DNA from: Antedon mediterranea
Taxonomy: Eukaryota > Animalia > Echinodermata
Assembly (NCBI RefSeq): GCF_964355755.1
Contig: NC_092670.1
Coordinates: 3,338,201 to 3,402,200 of the forward strand
Length of the DNA: 64,000 nt
Direction: 5' to 3'
Made by a program: the position numbers and the translations under genes. This document shows, in pieces, positions 10,201 through 25,200 of this stretch. The stretch's first letter is position 1. Each line of letters starts with the position of its first letter. The notes beneath the pieces were generated by a model. That model saw only the letters and a program-made list of their open reading frames with translations. It ran no database searches and was not told the DNA's origin.

Positions 10201-13200
10201 AGTTTTTAATAATTGTACTTTAAGTTGTTTGTATTTTAAAATTTATATATTAAGATTATATCATTAATGTTAAAGATGTATTGTTTTTATAAATCAATTA
10301 TCTGATAATAATCAATTTAATATCAATTAATAATGTATATCAATAAAAATTATAAATTATATTACACATCAAGTAAACTACACAAACATGATTTTAAATA
10401 TTTAAGTTATTTTAAACTATTATATGTCATATTAATTACAAAAAAAAACAAATAAACAAAAATATCTATAAAAAATCATAGTTTTAAAAACTATGAAATA
10501 ACATACTTCTTTACATGCTTCAGAAGAGGGTTCCTCATTACTTGTTTCATTAGGAGCATTTGTTCTTTTAACAGTCACCTAAAAAAGGAAGAAAAGAAAT
10601 GTTTTGATATCTGAATTTAAGTTTTTAAGATTAAATTATGACTTATTCACAACAAATTATATGATCCAGTACCTTTAACAAGAACTTTCTTTCATCGTCC
10701 GTGGTCACAAATTTGACAAGCGATAAGGTCACATGATGATCTTGGTCGAAGTAAAGTGCAGCATGATTATACATGAGTATTGGGTCAACTCCTTTCTTTT
10801 GAAACTTGTTGAGGAAATCAATAATCATGTATGGAAACAATACATCTGGCAGATATCCCTTAAAGTCGTAATAGATACTGATTGATTGTGAATCATCAGG
10901 CACTGGTTTCACTTCACTTGATGTCTTAAAAGCAAGGCGTAATGGCACAAAGAATGATCGCTTTCCAACAGATTCCTGAAATTGTTGATTTGTAAAATGC
11001 CATTTTGATGATCAGTTCTTGTACATGTTAAAAACATCTTCAGCAGAAAGTTTAAACAATATATGTCATAATCCTACAAATATTTTGAAATTTTATGCAA
11101 AATTTCACTAATTATGTATCATCCCAAAAGTAATTTTTTACATAATCTTGCATACAAAATATAACATGTTAGAAAAGATAATTGAATAAAACCTACCTTA
11201 GATTTACTCTTCATGTCTTGGCTGCTGGTTGTCTTCCTTTTACAAATGAAACTTAATTGAATCATCAGTGCTACAAGGAACTCAAAATTCTTTCCTTTGT
11301 CAACTTCACGTTCTTTCCATAATTTTCGCAACAACTTTTCTATCAGTATGCCCTTGTCAAGTTTATCAAAAGCCTTCCTAAATGCAGGCTTCTAAACCAA
11401 AAAAGAATTCTTAAATACCCCTATGATCAAAAATAAAGTTTTCACAAGGAACTGCACTGAACTTGCATAGGGGTGACACCACAAACACATATTTACAATT
11501 TGAAATATTACATGGGCCTACTGTACTTACTGGAAATTTTGGTGGAATAACTGTTACAAATGCAGTAACAATTTCAACCAGCTGCATCGGATCTAACACT
11601 GCTTTATCTCTTAATAATTTGTTGTCAGGCATGTAAACAATTTCACCAAGATCATACAGGAAGTTAAGCAATACCATTTGTTCTCTTTCAATACCATTCT
11701 TAGTTGCCAGCATTTTGAGCTAGAAATAATGGTTATAATATTAGATTTTTAAAACATAATTAAATAGGAAATCATATTCAGTTTTTATAACATGGTAGAG
11801 ATTATTACCAACGTTAATTTTGTATTTTTAGCATGACATGTTACATCATGGAGGTATAACATTTTATACCTCCATGGTTACATGGACAACACTTTTTGGT
11901 ATTTCAGTGTAGAGAATATAGAAGAAGAAGAAGAAGAAGCAAGCACTATAGATGTTAAACCGTTTTCTCATGCAAGTCTCAATTCCAAAATTGTTTCTTT
12001 ATCCATTCAAATTAGACTGTCTTTACAGAAATCTAATCGGTACTATATACCATATTTCAATATGAAAGAGTAATATTACAGCTTACCATGTGGTAATGTT
12101 TGTTTCTCTTGTCTATTTTATTGTTGTACTTTTGAGACGAATGAATGGAATAAAATAAAAGTGGTCTGCTCACCGCCACATTGCATGCATGATGATTTCA
12201 GATAAAGAAACCATACTGAGAAGGTTAGGATTATATATTGCGGAAAGATTAGTTTAATGCTTAATAATTTAATCTGGCTTCTGTCGATTATTTAAGTAAG
12301 TTAACTGTACGTACACCAAGAAAGTACAAAATACGTACTTGTGGTGCTATTCAACATCCTTAGCTACCACAAATAACTACGATCTGATGACATTGGATCA
12401 AAACGTCACAAGTACTTTTTTGGCTTACAACTGACTTCCACGTATATAGTTTAATCATGGATTAAGGAATAGAAGGATATGCATCGACGGAAACGATTTT
12501 CCAACGCGCTTGCCTATACTAAAGCACTGCTGCCAATCAAACAAACATGCTCATTGAACCGTGGCCTTCTATAGAACGCTACGAATCAACTGTTACATTT
12601 TTTGAGAACTAAACGTAGCCATGTAGAAATCGTATGCGCAGTTTGATTGTTCTATTGACATGTCTGCATGTACATATCTATCCGTACATTTATTTTGGTA
12701 AAGATCTTGTAATTACTTTTTGAGTAATCCTGCTAACAAACAGGCAAACAGACAGACAAACACACGCGATCGATTACATAGACCTCCTTGGCGGAGGTAA
12801 ATAATCTTGTAATATTTCTGGGAGATCGTTTAATTTGAATTCAGAAAAGTTAAATTAAATTGTCGCATAAAGTTTTGTTCGTCGCCATAGCAGCTAGCGC
12901 TAAAAATATAAAATATTAATCATATGCCACCAAGATAAGAGCGCGCGAAAGCATAGCCAACAATGTTAAAGGTTGTTACGCATGTGCAGTAAACAATATA
13001 TTAGGCACGCAAAAATTTCGTTGTCAACGAAGGTTAATTCTGTGTTTAGTATTTTGTAACATTGTGGGCGGTCCGCGCTCTGTCAGTTAGAGTCATGGAA
13101 GCTTTGATCTCAAACTGAGACATATCCTTCTATTCCTTAATCCATGGTTTAATTCATTCCATTAGGACATTAACAAAATGAAAGAATGTTTAGATTTCAG

Positions 13201-16200
13201 TGCAGAATCCTGCTATTCAAATGTGGAGCTCGGGTGTCTAGATAACTCAGATCTCAGATCTGAGTTGTCTAGATCTAGAAAACTTAGATTTCAACATCTG
13301 AGTTTCTATAAGAAAACTCAGACTCATAAATTTACCAATACATTATTAATCAGGGGATAGGTTATTTGAAATATTATTACTTTATGATAAAAAAATTATT
13401 AAATTAATAAAATTTTGCAAATCCTAACTTATAGCAGTAATACTGCAATGAAATATTTATAAAAAGGTATAAGTATTTTTATAATCCCTCATTAATAATG
13501 GATCGGTCAATTTCAGTGGTCAGAATGAAACTAATAAACTCAGATCTTCAAATCTGAGTTTTCTATACATTTGAGTGTGGCGTTCCTCTGATTTGGCAAA
13601 ACATGGTTAATGAAAGTATCAATTAAGTTGTAATGTTCAAAGTAAGATTATTAATGTGGTTACAAAATAAAGTTTACCTCTTGTAAAGGACACAAAGAAA
13701 AATGTTTTTTCCTCCTGAGGTCATGAAGGTCACATCGAAAACGCATCCACTTTAAAGGTTTATCTTTTTCTAAAGCTTTCATAAGCTTCTCAATAACATC
13801 TTTGAGATCACTAAAGCTTTTATCTGTTGTTTCTCGGCTGTTTTCAATGGCAAAATATTGATATATATGTTCTTCATACAGTTTCCCTCTAAGCGCATTT
13901 TTAACCTTCTCTAAAATGATATTTGCCTGTTTGTAAACAGTTTATAAAAAATGTAGAAAATATATATTATGTAATAAGCATATTAGTCATATACTGTCAT
14001 TTATTTAAAATAATATCTAAAAATTGATTACTATATGCCTATATAAAGTTGGTTAATAAGGTGTCTTTTTTGGAGCAGTAATATGTTTTTGATTGGTTAT
14101 TTTTAAGGTAGCTATAGAAATAGATTTAGTATTACCTCATCATCTTGTTGTTTTTCAGTCTTACCAAGCTTACCCTTATGTGTACCCACAATTAGGATAG
14201 TTGGTTTTTGAACTTCATTTTTTTCATCTTCTTTCACCTCACGGCTATGAGAATAAACTGACAGGATGTAAGATAATATGAACTGGAGATTTGACCAATG
14301 ATGTTGATGCTTTTTCTGAAAAAAAAAGCAAAAATAAAACCAAATTCCTTTTTTTTCTTATCAAGAAGACATGTTCCAGCACAACAACTACAATACCTTT
14401 ATTTAGTCTTACAATACTTACGCCATTAGAATCAATGACGATAGCACGATCTTCGAGGTTCACACTGAGATCAAACACTACGATGTAAAGTGCTTCTGAT
14501 GTTACGAAGATCTGGAAAAAATAATGTGCTGGTTATTCAAATATTTTATTTAATTTACGAGTATAATTCTATTTTCTAGGTGGTCTCTAACACAAATAAA
14601 GACTATTGTATAGTATACTGTACAATGTGAAAACATTTTCATCTGGTTTCGATTGATGAACTCTATCTATTATTATACAAATTCTTTGATAAACTATCAT
14701 TTACTATTGATTCTCTTTTGATCAAAGCATTTCTCTAGTAAAAATTCATATAACACTGAGGCTAAAATCAGTGTTAATAAAAAATAGTTTGAATGTTTTG
14801 TATATTAACATTTTATATAAGCAGTACCATGGAATAATATTTGCAATTACTGAATGGAGAAAATAAGGTAAACTATACCTTGGCCATACAATTATGTCTA
14901 TACAGTAACATCTCCTTTTAACTGGCTGAAGTGAAGTTTATTAAAGATCTTACCCTTGTGAAAGTATTTAAACAATGTCAATATAACATCAATTTACAAA
15001 TACATATATAATATTTTGGAACTTACCCGATGTATACCATGGTATATCATTTGTCCCCCATGATCCCAGATGTTGAATGTTTCTTCCAAAGTCTCCTCCT
15101 TATTTTCCTCAACTTTCTTGATTACATCTTTATCTAACTGCTGTTCTGTATCAATTTGAATAGCTTGAGTAGCTGTATCTGTACCTGTAGTGAAAACAAG
15201 TTGTTTGGCTACTCTACAAACAGCATAACAAGCATCATTATTTTAGTTATCACAGTTAATCATCATCAGTCTATTGTAAAGTTCATTACTATGAGTGAGT
15301 TTTAATTGTCCTCATTATCATTATTGTTGTAATTTTCATTATCATTGATACAGTCATCATCATTATAGTTGCAGTCTTCATCATCATTATCATTATTACA
15401 CTCAGTCGTCATAATTATTATCATCAACTCTTTCATCAATGTAATGTCATCATTACAGTTTTGTCATTGTAAATTGTAACATTGTTAATAATGTTATCAT
15501 TATTGTTATTAGTTGTCACTGTCAGTCAGAGGTAGAAAAGTATGACTGTCACCATAATTGTTACACAGATTAAAGGTTGCCTTACCTTCAACCCTGAACA
15601 CATAACTTTTATTTAGTTACTTTAAATTGGAAAATCTAGCAAATATGAGAGAAATTGATAATTGTAAGACTTGTTTATTGGTATTACAGACTACAATTTC
15701 AGAAAAGGCCAATACCATCATTGTTATCGTTATTGTAGTCAACAAAAATACCATCATCATTATCATCTGTGGGTAGATCCATGTCAATCTGACGCAATAA
15801 AAAAACAATAAATCTCTTTTAACCATATTATAGTACATACATGTTATAAACACATGTTTTTTTAACATATGCTTTTTTCTTTTTTTAAAATTTAATATTT
15901 GTATGGAATGAAATAATGAATAAAAGTGGGTTACACCCACGAAAGAGAAAAAAACCCCCAATAAATGGATATATAAAAGAAATGAAATTGTTTATACAAA
16001 GTTAAATATTGTCTACAAATCAATAGAGGAGACAAACAAATATTAATTACTCTTAAATTTGATTATAAAAGGATTGAAAAAGAAAAATTAGAAATAAAAA
16101 TGAATAAAATATTGTCTCATTGATTTATTTAGAAAACAATCCTCCTATATAAGTGACTGGTTTGCAATATAATAGTATAAACATACTGTTGTTGTTATTT

Positions 16201-19200
16201 TATTCACTTTATGTTTCTATTACACTATTATTGACTTACGTTTACAGTTTTCTTTTTTCTCAATTTGTCAGTGACCATTTTTGTATACTGTTTTGAAGGA
16301 TTTCCTGTAGAAAGAAAGACAATGTGTAAATATCATTTTAGCACATACAATACATGACTATACTTTGGACATTTTACCACTCTAAAATTACATTTACCGT
16401 ACATCATTAAATAATGTAACATAGCTTGCATGTTGTTGTGTATGTATGTGAAAATATGGCTGTTGCCACCATGACATGGTTGAAGGCTTTATTGAATTAC
16501 ATTCTGTAATTCCATTTAATAATTGCAGGCATGTTTGTGTCCGATGATGATGAGATTATTGATAATAATGTTACATGACGGTGGTAAAAGTAATAATGAT
16601 AATTTGTATTTATGTTTACCACTATCAGCTTTAGCCTCTTTCCATGTTGTGCTTGCTGTTCTTATCACTGCTATGCCATCTGTAACTATATGGTCTTTCT
16701 CAAATCTGACAAAAATACATTTTTAAGTACTGTAAAAATCAATATTCATGAATTATGCATTTAGGGAGATTTCATTATTTATTCAACTATTTATATATTT
16801 CTAGAAGGTTTTTATTATTAACTATTGTAGATCACTGCAATATTTAGAAAGTATTTATCAAAAATAAGTTAATAAAAGTTATTTTTACTATTATTTATTC
16901 AGGCAAAAGATACATTTTACAAAATATAATACAAACCAACAAATTAAACAAACACGAAGAAAATATAAAATCATAGTCACTAGCTGCCAGGAAAACACAA
17001 AAGCAGCCTAAGCCACTGTCACCAATTAGCCTAGGTGTGTACCTCAAACCAGTGACTAAGAAGGCTGGTTTATAATTTTTAGTTGACTAACAAACATTTT
17101 GTAATTTCACTTTCCAACTAGTACTTACTCCTTTCCAAGACAGGCATTGATGAGGCAAGTTTTACCCACTCCTTCCTGTCCAATCACTTTAAGCATTCCA
17201 AGATTGACTTTGACGGATCCTCCTTTCAAAGCTTCATTGTAGGCGTCCTGAAAATCTAAATCACGAGCAGCAATATCAGTTAGAATATCTGAAAATTGAA
17301 TAAGATTTTAAAATTGCAATCAAAATTCACATAGAGTACATCTACAGCTACATAACCTCCATTCATCATTTCAGTATTTTGGACAGAAATTACTTGTTTC
17401 AATATCAAAACTATACTAGATTTGAACTTGTCACTTTGACGAGTTAGTTATCCGCACGAAAAACCATGTGGACATCATAAGTTAGAATATTGCGCACAAA
17501 AAAAGATTATACCATTATGACCTGAAGAAAATAAAATGCTGTTTAATTTGCTCTCTATTTTGTATCTAAGTATACATACAGATACACAGTATATACTGTA
17601 TACATACTACATACAGTGTAGCATAGGTAAAATTACGGGACTTGCCTTTTATTCCAATTTTTAACATGATGACGTCATCAAAATGAAGCACGAAGGATAG
17701 CGAGTTCAGAAGAAAATAATCTGAGCAACAACATATTAACATGTTGAAGGGATTTGAATGCCAAAAATATAGATGCGCACACTTTTAAATGTGATGAACT
17801 GTGACGCAAAATATGAAAATATAACTTTTTTTATTCAACTGATAATATGATGACGTCACAACATTTGATTGACAAAATGTTCAAATGAATTCGTATCTAC
17901 AATACAGTAGGGAGGTTTCGCAACCTTACGAATACGATAACGAAAACGGATACTTCACACACACGTATTCGTTTTCGTAAGCCATAAACAAATCTGTTTC
18001 GCATGGAAACGAAATATTGAGGGTGCGTCCAAAATATGACTGCGGTAAATTTGAGCGAAGCGCAGGTACGTGTTGCTTGGTGCTTGGCTGCCTAGCGTAC
18101 TAACATCAAAGCGAGTGCGAGGACTTTAAAAACTGCTATTTATCAAAATTGACTTGGCATTTTAGTAAATTACTTTAGTAAATTACTTTCAATAAATCTA
18201 TAATGATATTATAATCATGAATCATTCCTGATTCAAATGCAAAATGTGCAAATAGATCAAAAACTATACTCGTTTTGTAGTTACGAATATGACTGGTGAT
18301 ATTCGTCAACACGAATACGCTTTACGAATATGAAATGGGGATCAGCTCAAAAGTTTCACAAATGTATGACGTATCCGTTTTCGTTATCGTATTCGTAAGG
18401 TTGCGAAACCTCCCTAATAGCTTCCAGAAAACGTTTTAATCATGATTATCACATTAGTAATAATAGTAAATCTGAATAAAAAACATCTAAACTAACTGCC
18501 TTAATTCTTTCAAATATGTTGTAATACTATTTTTATTATACTATTTAGTCTTATTTTTAGTACTGTATTATTTATTTATTTTATTTAGATTTAGGTTACA
18601 TTATATAATTTTGGAGAAAGAAAACAACATTTAAAATATATATTATTGAATTAGATAAATGGTAAAATAAAAGTTAGTTGATAATATTGTTGGCAGTAAA
18701 CATTTATATATAAAAGTGTAGTCTTTCTATGTCTCCATCAGCAGTTAAGTATTGTTTACAGTGATAGTCTACAATTTCACCTATTCTCTCAAATGGAAAT
18801 TCTAAATAAAGGTCATCAAGTAGAATATGTAGAGGAATATGTAGAGTATGGCTTGTCGATAACAAACTATCTATCAATATTAGTAAAACTGAATCTATCA
18901 TCTTTTGTACCCAAAAAAAGCTTCAACGTTTGCGATCTTTCAATATTATTTCTCATGGCCTTACTTTAACGGGTTCAAAATCAGTTAAATATTTAGGTAT
19001 AGAGCTTGATAGTTCTGCCTCTTGTAACAACATCGCCAAAAGTGTAATAAAAAAGGCGGTATATTAGAGTAAGGTATTTATATTGTCAGGCAAGTTGCTT
19101 GGACAAAAATATGAAAAAACTGTTATGCTCTGCCTTAATTCAATGTTTGTTTGATTATTGTGCTTCGACTTGGTATGAAGGTATTGACAAAGTTTTGAAG

Positions 19201-22200
19201 CAAAAACTACAGACCACTCAGAACAAATGTGTGCGTTTTATTTTCGGTTTCGGACCACGATCTCATATTGGTCAGAAGTGTGAGTTATCAGACATTGGCT
19301 TGCTTAAGGTGGAAAGTAGAGTAACATTTCTCAGGCTTTGTAATGTTCATAAAATTGTCAATAACAATGCAGCTTCTGAACATTTTTCACGGACATCCAC
19401 AATCCACACACATAACACACGCCAACGTAATGTTAATCTGGTTTTACTGTACCTCTACTTAAAGGAAATAAACAGTCTCATTCTACTTTTTTCTTGTCTG
19501 CTATCAAAGACTGGAACGCTCTTCCAACAAACTTAAAATTAAATTCAAACATAACTACTGTACTTTCAAATCACATAATAAAAAACATTTTGAACGCAAT
19601 ATATATTTAATATTAATAATAATTATGATATTTATTTTAATTACGAATTAAAAGACGTTTCAGTACCATCATAGAACCATTTTCAAGATCAAGTGAATAC
19701 AAAACAATAATAACTAGAAAGCCAAAAGAAAAGAAAATGCAATTTTGGTTTACTTGTTACTTTAAGACTGCTCGCCGGCTTTTGAAAAATTCTGTCCTAT
19801 CTTTTAACACTAGCAGGTCTGAAAAGTATATTGAAGTGGTCCAGAATTGGGACCATGGTCCCAAATGGTCCCACTATTTAATGGAATGGTCCTTGACGAC
19901 ATATCTAATCTGTACATTCATTTTGGTAAAGATCTTGTAATTACTTTTTGAGTAATCCTGCTAACAAACAAACAAACAGACAAACAAATAAACACACGCG
20001 ATCGATTACATCCTTGACGGAGGTAAAATATATTGGATTGAACAGGTTTTTCACCAAAAAATGAGTTAAATAGCTGGATTCCACATAGTTTTTAGCCCTT
20101 TATTAATGTTGCTCTTTTTCCGTTCCATAGAAACAAAATATTGAACATAGAGTATGCTAAATTCGCATGAGAAAAACGTCTTTAAAATCATCAATTTATT
20201 TAATTAAAGAATTTATTGTTATTTATTGATTCTTCTTCATCTAATTCTAAGGTGTGGTATTCAAGATAAAGTTGGTTAACAAATTTAGAGTTAAAATACA
20301 AGGCAGGTGCGAAAGAGAATTATTGGTAATCTTAGGTCTTGGTTGGGTCTTAAGGTTTGGTTTACGATGAAATCGGTCGCGTCTGAAATCGGTCGCGATA
20401 AAATCAACTTCCGTTTTTTGTATGGCGCGCCGCTACAGCTATACTTTTGATGAAACCGGTCGCGTTTGAAATCGGTTGCACTATTTTGTATGGAGCGAGA
20501 TGCATGTTAGCGGGATATACATTTTCGTTGTTTATATAGATTTAATTGATATTTTTTAGGAACTAGATAGGCCTATTTATGTGGATATTTTTTATTTGGT
20601 TAATAAATATTTATTATCAATCATTAATTTGCTTTTATTTCACAGGTCTCGGAGAATAGGCTAGTCAATCTAGCAAAAAAAACAGCCCAAAGTGAAACAA
20701 ATTGCAAACAGAGATTTTTCTTTTTTAAATGGTCATAGATCAAAATTTGAGCATCACACCTCTGTCACTCATCCCGATGATATGCAAATTAGCTTAAATA
20801 TGCAAATTAGGGTGAAATTACAGGGAATTACCATATCTCAAAAACTATTAGTCCGAGAGAGTTGATTTTTTCACTGATCTATTCAAAATGTATATATTTA
20901 TATTTACTCTAATGAAACATTTTACGAAAAAATGACCGGAAGTACAACATTTGACCTTCGACCCCATTTCTCAATGTTTGCATATACAATGTGACTAAAA
21001 TGTCTGTAGAGACTTTATTTTGCCCTCAAATGACCCAGACATAGGTTCCTAATAGCCAGCATAGGATCACTTTGTAATTCCCAAAATCACACCTTTGTCA
21101 CACACCTCAAAAGTATGCAAATTAGTAGTACAATTTAAATAAAATATGCAAATAAGGGGAAAAAATTACAGTTGTTCTATATCTCGAAAACCACTAATGC
21201 TAGAGAGCTGATTTTTTTTCACAGCCGTATTCAAAATGTACATATTTCTATTTGCTCCAATGAAACATTTTACAAAAAATTGACCGGAAGTATGACATTT
21301 GACCCTCGACCCCATTTCTCAATATTGCATATATAAATGAAACTAAAATGTCTGTAGAGACTTTGTTTTGCCCTCAAATGACTCCGATACAGGTTTCTAA
21401 TAGCCAACATAGGACTGTTTAGTAGATCTCAAAATCACACCTGTATCACTCACCTCCAAAGTATGCAAATTATTAGTACAAGTTACATGAAATATGCAAA
21501 TTAGAGGGTGAAATTAAAGGTTCCTATATATCGAAAACCACTAAGGCTAGAGAGTTTATTTTTTCAATAACGTGTTCAGAATGTACATATTTATATTTAC
21601 TCTAATGAAACATTTTACGAAAAAATGACCGGAAATACAACAATTGACCCTCGACCCCATTTATCAATGTTTGCATACATAATGCGACTAAAATGTCTGT
21701 AGAGACTTTGTTTTGGACTCAAATAACTCGGATACATGTTTCCTATAGTCAGCATAGGACCGCTTTGTAATTCCCAAAATCACGCCTTCGTTTTGGCATG
21801 GTTGGAATTCCCTTTTTTCGTATTAGTTTATGTACAGCGCTTAGAGGTTTCACAACATTAGGCGCTATATAAATCCAGGATATTATTATTATTTCTCAAT
21901 ATTTGCATATAATGCAACTAAAATGTATGTACAGACTTTGTTTTGGCCTCAAATGACTCGGATACAGGTTTTATATAGCCAGTATAAGTCAAGCACCTCG
22001 AAAGTATGCAAATTAGTAGTACAAGCTATATGAAATATGCAAATTACAGTGAATTGCCTTATGTATCTCGAAAACGCTAATGACCGAGAGAGAGATATGG
22101 CAACTTTCTTGTACTACTGATTTGCATACTTTCAAGCGAAGTAACAGAGTTGTGATTTTGAGAATTACTAAACAGTTCTATGCTGGCTATAGAAAACCTC

Positions 22201-25200
22201 TATCTGGCTCATTATTGAAAAAAAAAATTATCGAAAGTATGACATTTGACCCTCGGATACAGGTTTTATATAGCCAGTATAGGATCATTTAGTAATTCCA
22301 AAAGTCAAGCAACTCGAAAGTATGCAAATTATTAGTACAAGTTATATAAAATATACAAATTAAAGCCTTATGTATCTCGAAAAACGCTAATGACTGATAG
22401 AGATATGGCAACTTTCACCTCTTGTACTACTAATTTGCATATTTTCTAGGGAAGTAACAAAGGTGTGATTTTGAGAATTACTAACAGTTCTATGCTGGCT
22501 ATAGAAAACCTGTATCTGAGTCATTTGAGGCCAAAACAGTCTGTACAGATATTTTAGTTGAATTATATGAAAATATTGAGAAATAGGGTCAAGGGTCAAA
22601 TGTCATAATTCAATCAAGACAATTTTTGCGTAAAATGTTTCATTACAGCGAATATAAATATGTACATTCTGAATCAACTCTGAATTCAAATCAACTCTCT
22701 AGCATTAATGGTTTTCGAGATATGGGAAGACTGTAATTTCACCCATAATTTGCATATTTCATGTAACTTGTACTAATAATTTGCATACTTTGAAGGTGAG
22801 TATACAGGTGTGATTTTGAGATTTACTAAACATTCCTATGTTGGCTATCAGAAACCTGTATCCGAGTCATTTGAGGGCAAAACAAAGTCTCTACAGACAT
22901 TTTAGTTTCATTATATATGCAATATTGAGAAATAGGGTCGAGGGTCAAATGTCATAGTTCCGGGCATTTTTTTGTAAAATGTCTCATTACAGCAAATATA
23001 AATATATATATTTTAAATATTTTAGTGAAAAAATCAACACTCTAGCATTAGCGGTTTTCGAGATATGGCAACGCTGTAATTTCACTCCCTAATTTGCATA
23101 TTTAATATTACTTGTAGTTGTACTACTAATTTGCATACTTTCGAGGTGCATGACGAAGTTGTGATTTTAGGAATTATAATACAGTTCTATGGTGGGTATT
23201 GAAAAACAATATCCATGTCATTGAGTCCAAAATAAAGTCTCTACAGACATTTTAATCACATATTTATGTAAATATTGAGAAATGGGGTCAAGGGTCAAAA
23301 TTTGGTACTTCTGGACATTTTTATGTAAAATGTCTCATTAGAGCAAATATAAATATATATATTCTGAACCAGACTGTGCAAAAATGAACTCTCTAGGATT
23401 AGTAGTTTTTAAGATTTGGTAACCCTGTAATTTCACCCTAATTTGCATATTTAAGCTAATTTGCATACCTTCGGGATGAGTGTCAGAGGTGTGATGCTCA
23501 AAAAATAATCACCTTTATCATATGTAACCATTTAAAAAAAAGAATCTCTGTTTGCAATTTGTTTCACTCAAAATGCTAGATTGACTAGCCTAGAAGGACT
23601 GTGTCTTTTCAAAATGGCCATTACTAAACACGTTTAAGAGCCATTGTCTGTAAGAATCAAAGAAATATCAAAAAGAGTTGCAGACTCAAAAAAATGGATT
23701 TCTTTCAAATTTTGCACATGGCTATAATGTGTTGAGAGAAATCAAATATGAAGTATTTTTTATTTCACACGTATATTTCCATGGCAACGGCCAAATTTGT
23801 GTTTTTGACAAATTTTGTCCTTTTTTAAGGTTTTTAAAAATGGATATTGGTACTACTTTGATGATCAATATTTTTGTTTTGTTCATTTAATTATAAAAAA
23901 TAATTAGTGTATGCATAATAACAATGCATTGTGTACCTGTTTCAAATTTTTTTATTATTTTTTATTTCATACTTTGGGAGATACCATTTATTTAAAAAGG
24001 GGTGTTTTTCACTTTTTTAAAACTGTTCAATGCAACTAAACTTTACTTCACCATAACGCCCAAAGTGGTGTATTTTTTTAGCTGATTTATTACAAATAGG
24101 TAGTTCTAATGTTTAATAATTGATTTCTAAAATAAAATACTGGGGTAAATTTAAAATCTACAAGCAGTGTTGCGAGAAACATAGGCATTTTTATAAAAAA
24201 AAAAAACATGGTATATTAGTAAAAACATTTTATTTTCTTTGATTATTTGATTTGAAACTCATTGGTCAGAAAAATTCTTAATGTTTTATATAGTTCTAGT
24301 TGTGTTTTTTAATTATAGATTCTGTAATTCCCAGTTTTAATGTCATTTTATAGGTTATATCCTCTGGAAATTTGAATAAATTATCAGATCATAAATCGTC
24401 AGATTACTCCTCTCTTATTTTGAAGCTCCTCTTTCATTTGTTTACTTCTTTTATTTGCTAACCTAAGCAGATCCCACATGCCCATCCACCACCACTTTCG
24501 ACTACCACCCCTCCCCCCCCCCACCCCGACTATAACCACAAAAAGATAAACTGCAACACTTTGGTCGATCATCCACTATAGAGTGTCAAATGCATGCATT
24601 CAAGCACCACCCACACTGCCGCTACTATCGCCCCAATGAATAGACCCTCGCCTTCAACCCCCTAACTATTTAAAAGTCCTGGATCCACCACTTTTCCCTC
24701 CCCAAAATAGAACCAATCAAAAGTCAATGATATACTCAGGTATGTTAATGCTACATAACAAATATTGAAGCCCTGATTTGAAATTTCATTTCATTTAAGG
24801 TCAGCATGTAAAATATCACACTTTATTATTAAATATTAGTTTTAAATTCTATATTTTTTTTACTGTGATGGTTGGATTCAGTATTAATTATTAATTAATA
24901 ATTATCTGATAATTATTTAATTTCCCTTAGTTATGCATAGCAACAGTTACTATGGTAACTAAAATTGAGATATTCTTTAGATTTTGCATATTTATCTTAT
25001 ACAAATTTAAATTTGTAGATTATTAGCAGGCATGCCTTATTTGCATTTTCAAATTACCGTTTCACAAGGTCATATTCGTAAGCACTTTCTTCTGTGATTA
25101 TTTTTATTCATGAAAACCCCATATTTTATTTACAGCGGCCACCTCCCTTAACGGACGCACTTTGAAAAGTCTGTTTGTTCTTCCTATCTAATTAGTGCAT

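Noticed and set aside
15235-15510. ATC/ATT-rich stretch as an Asp/Asn-rich coding exon
   Set aside because: Degenerate trinucleotide microsatellite with stops and no compatible splice sites.
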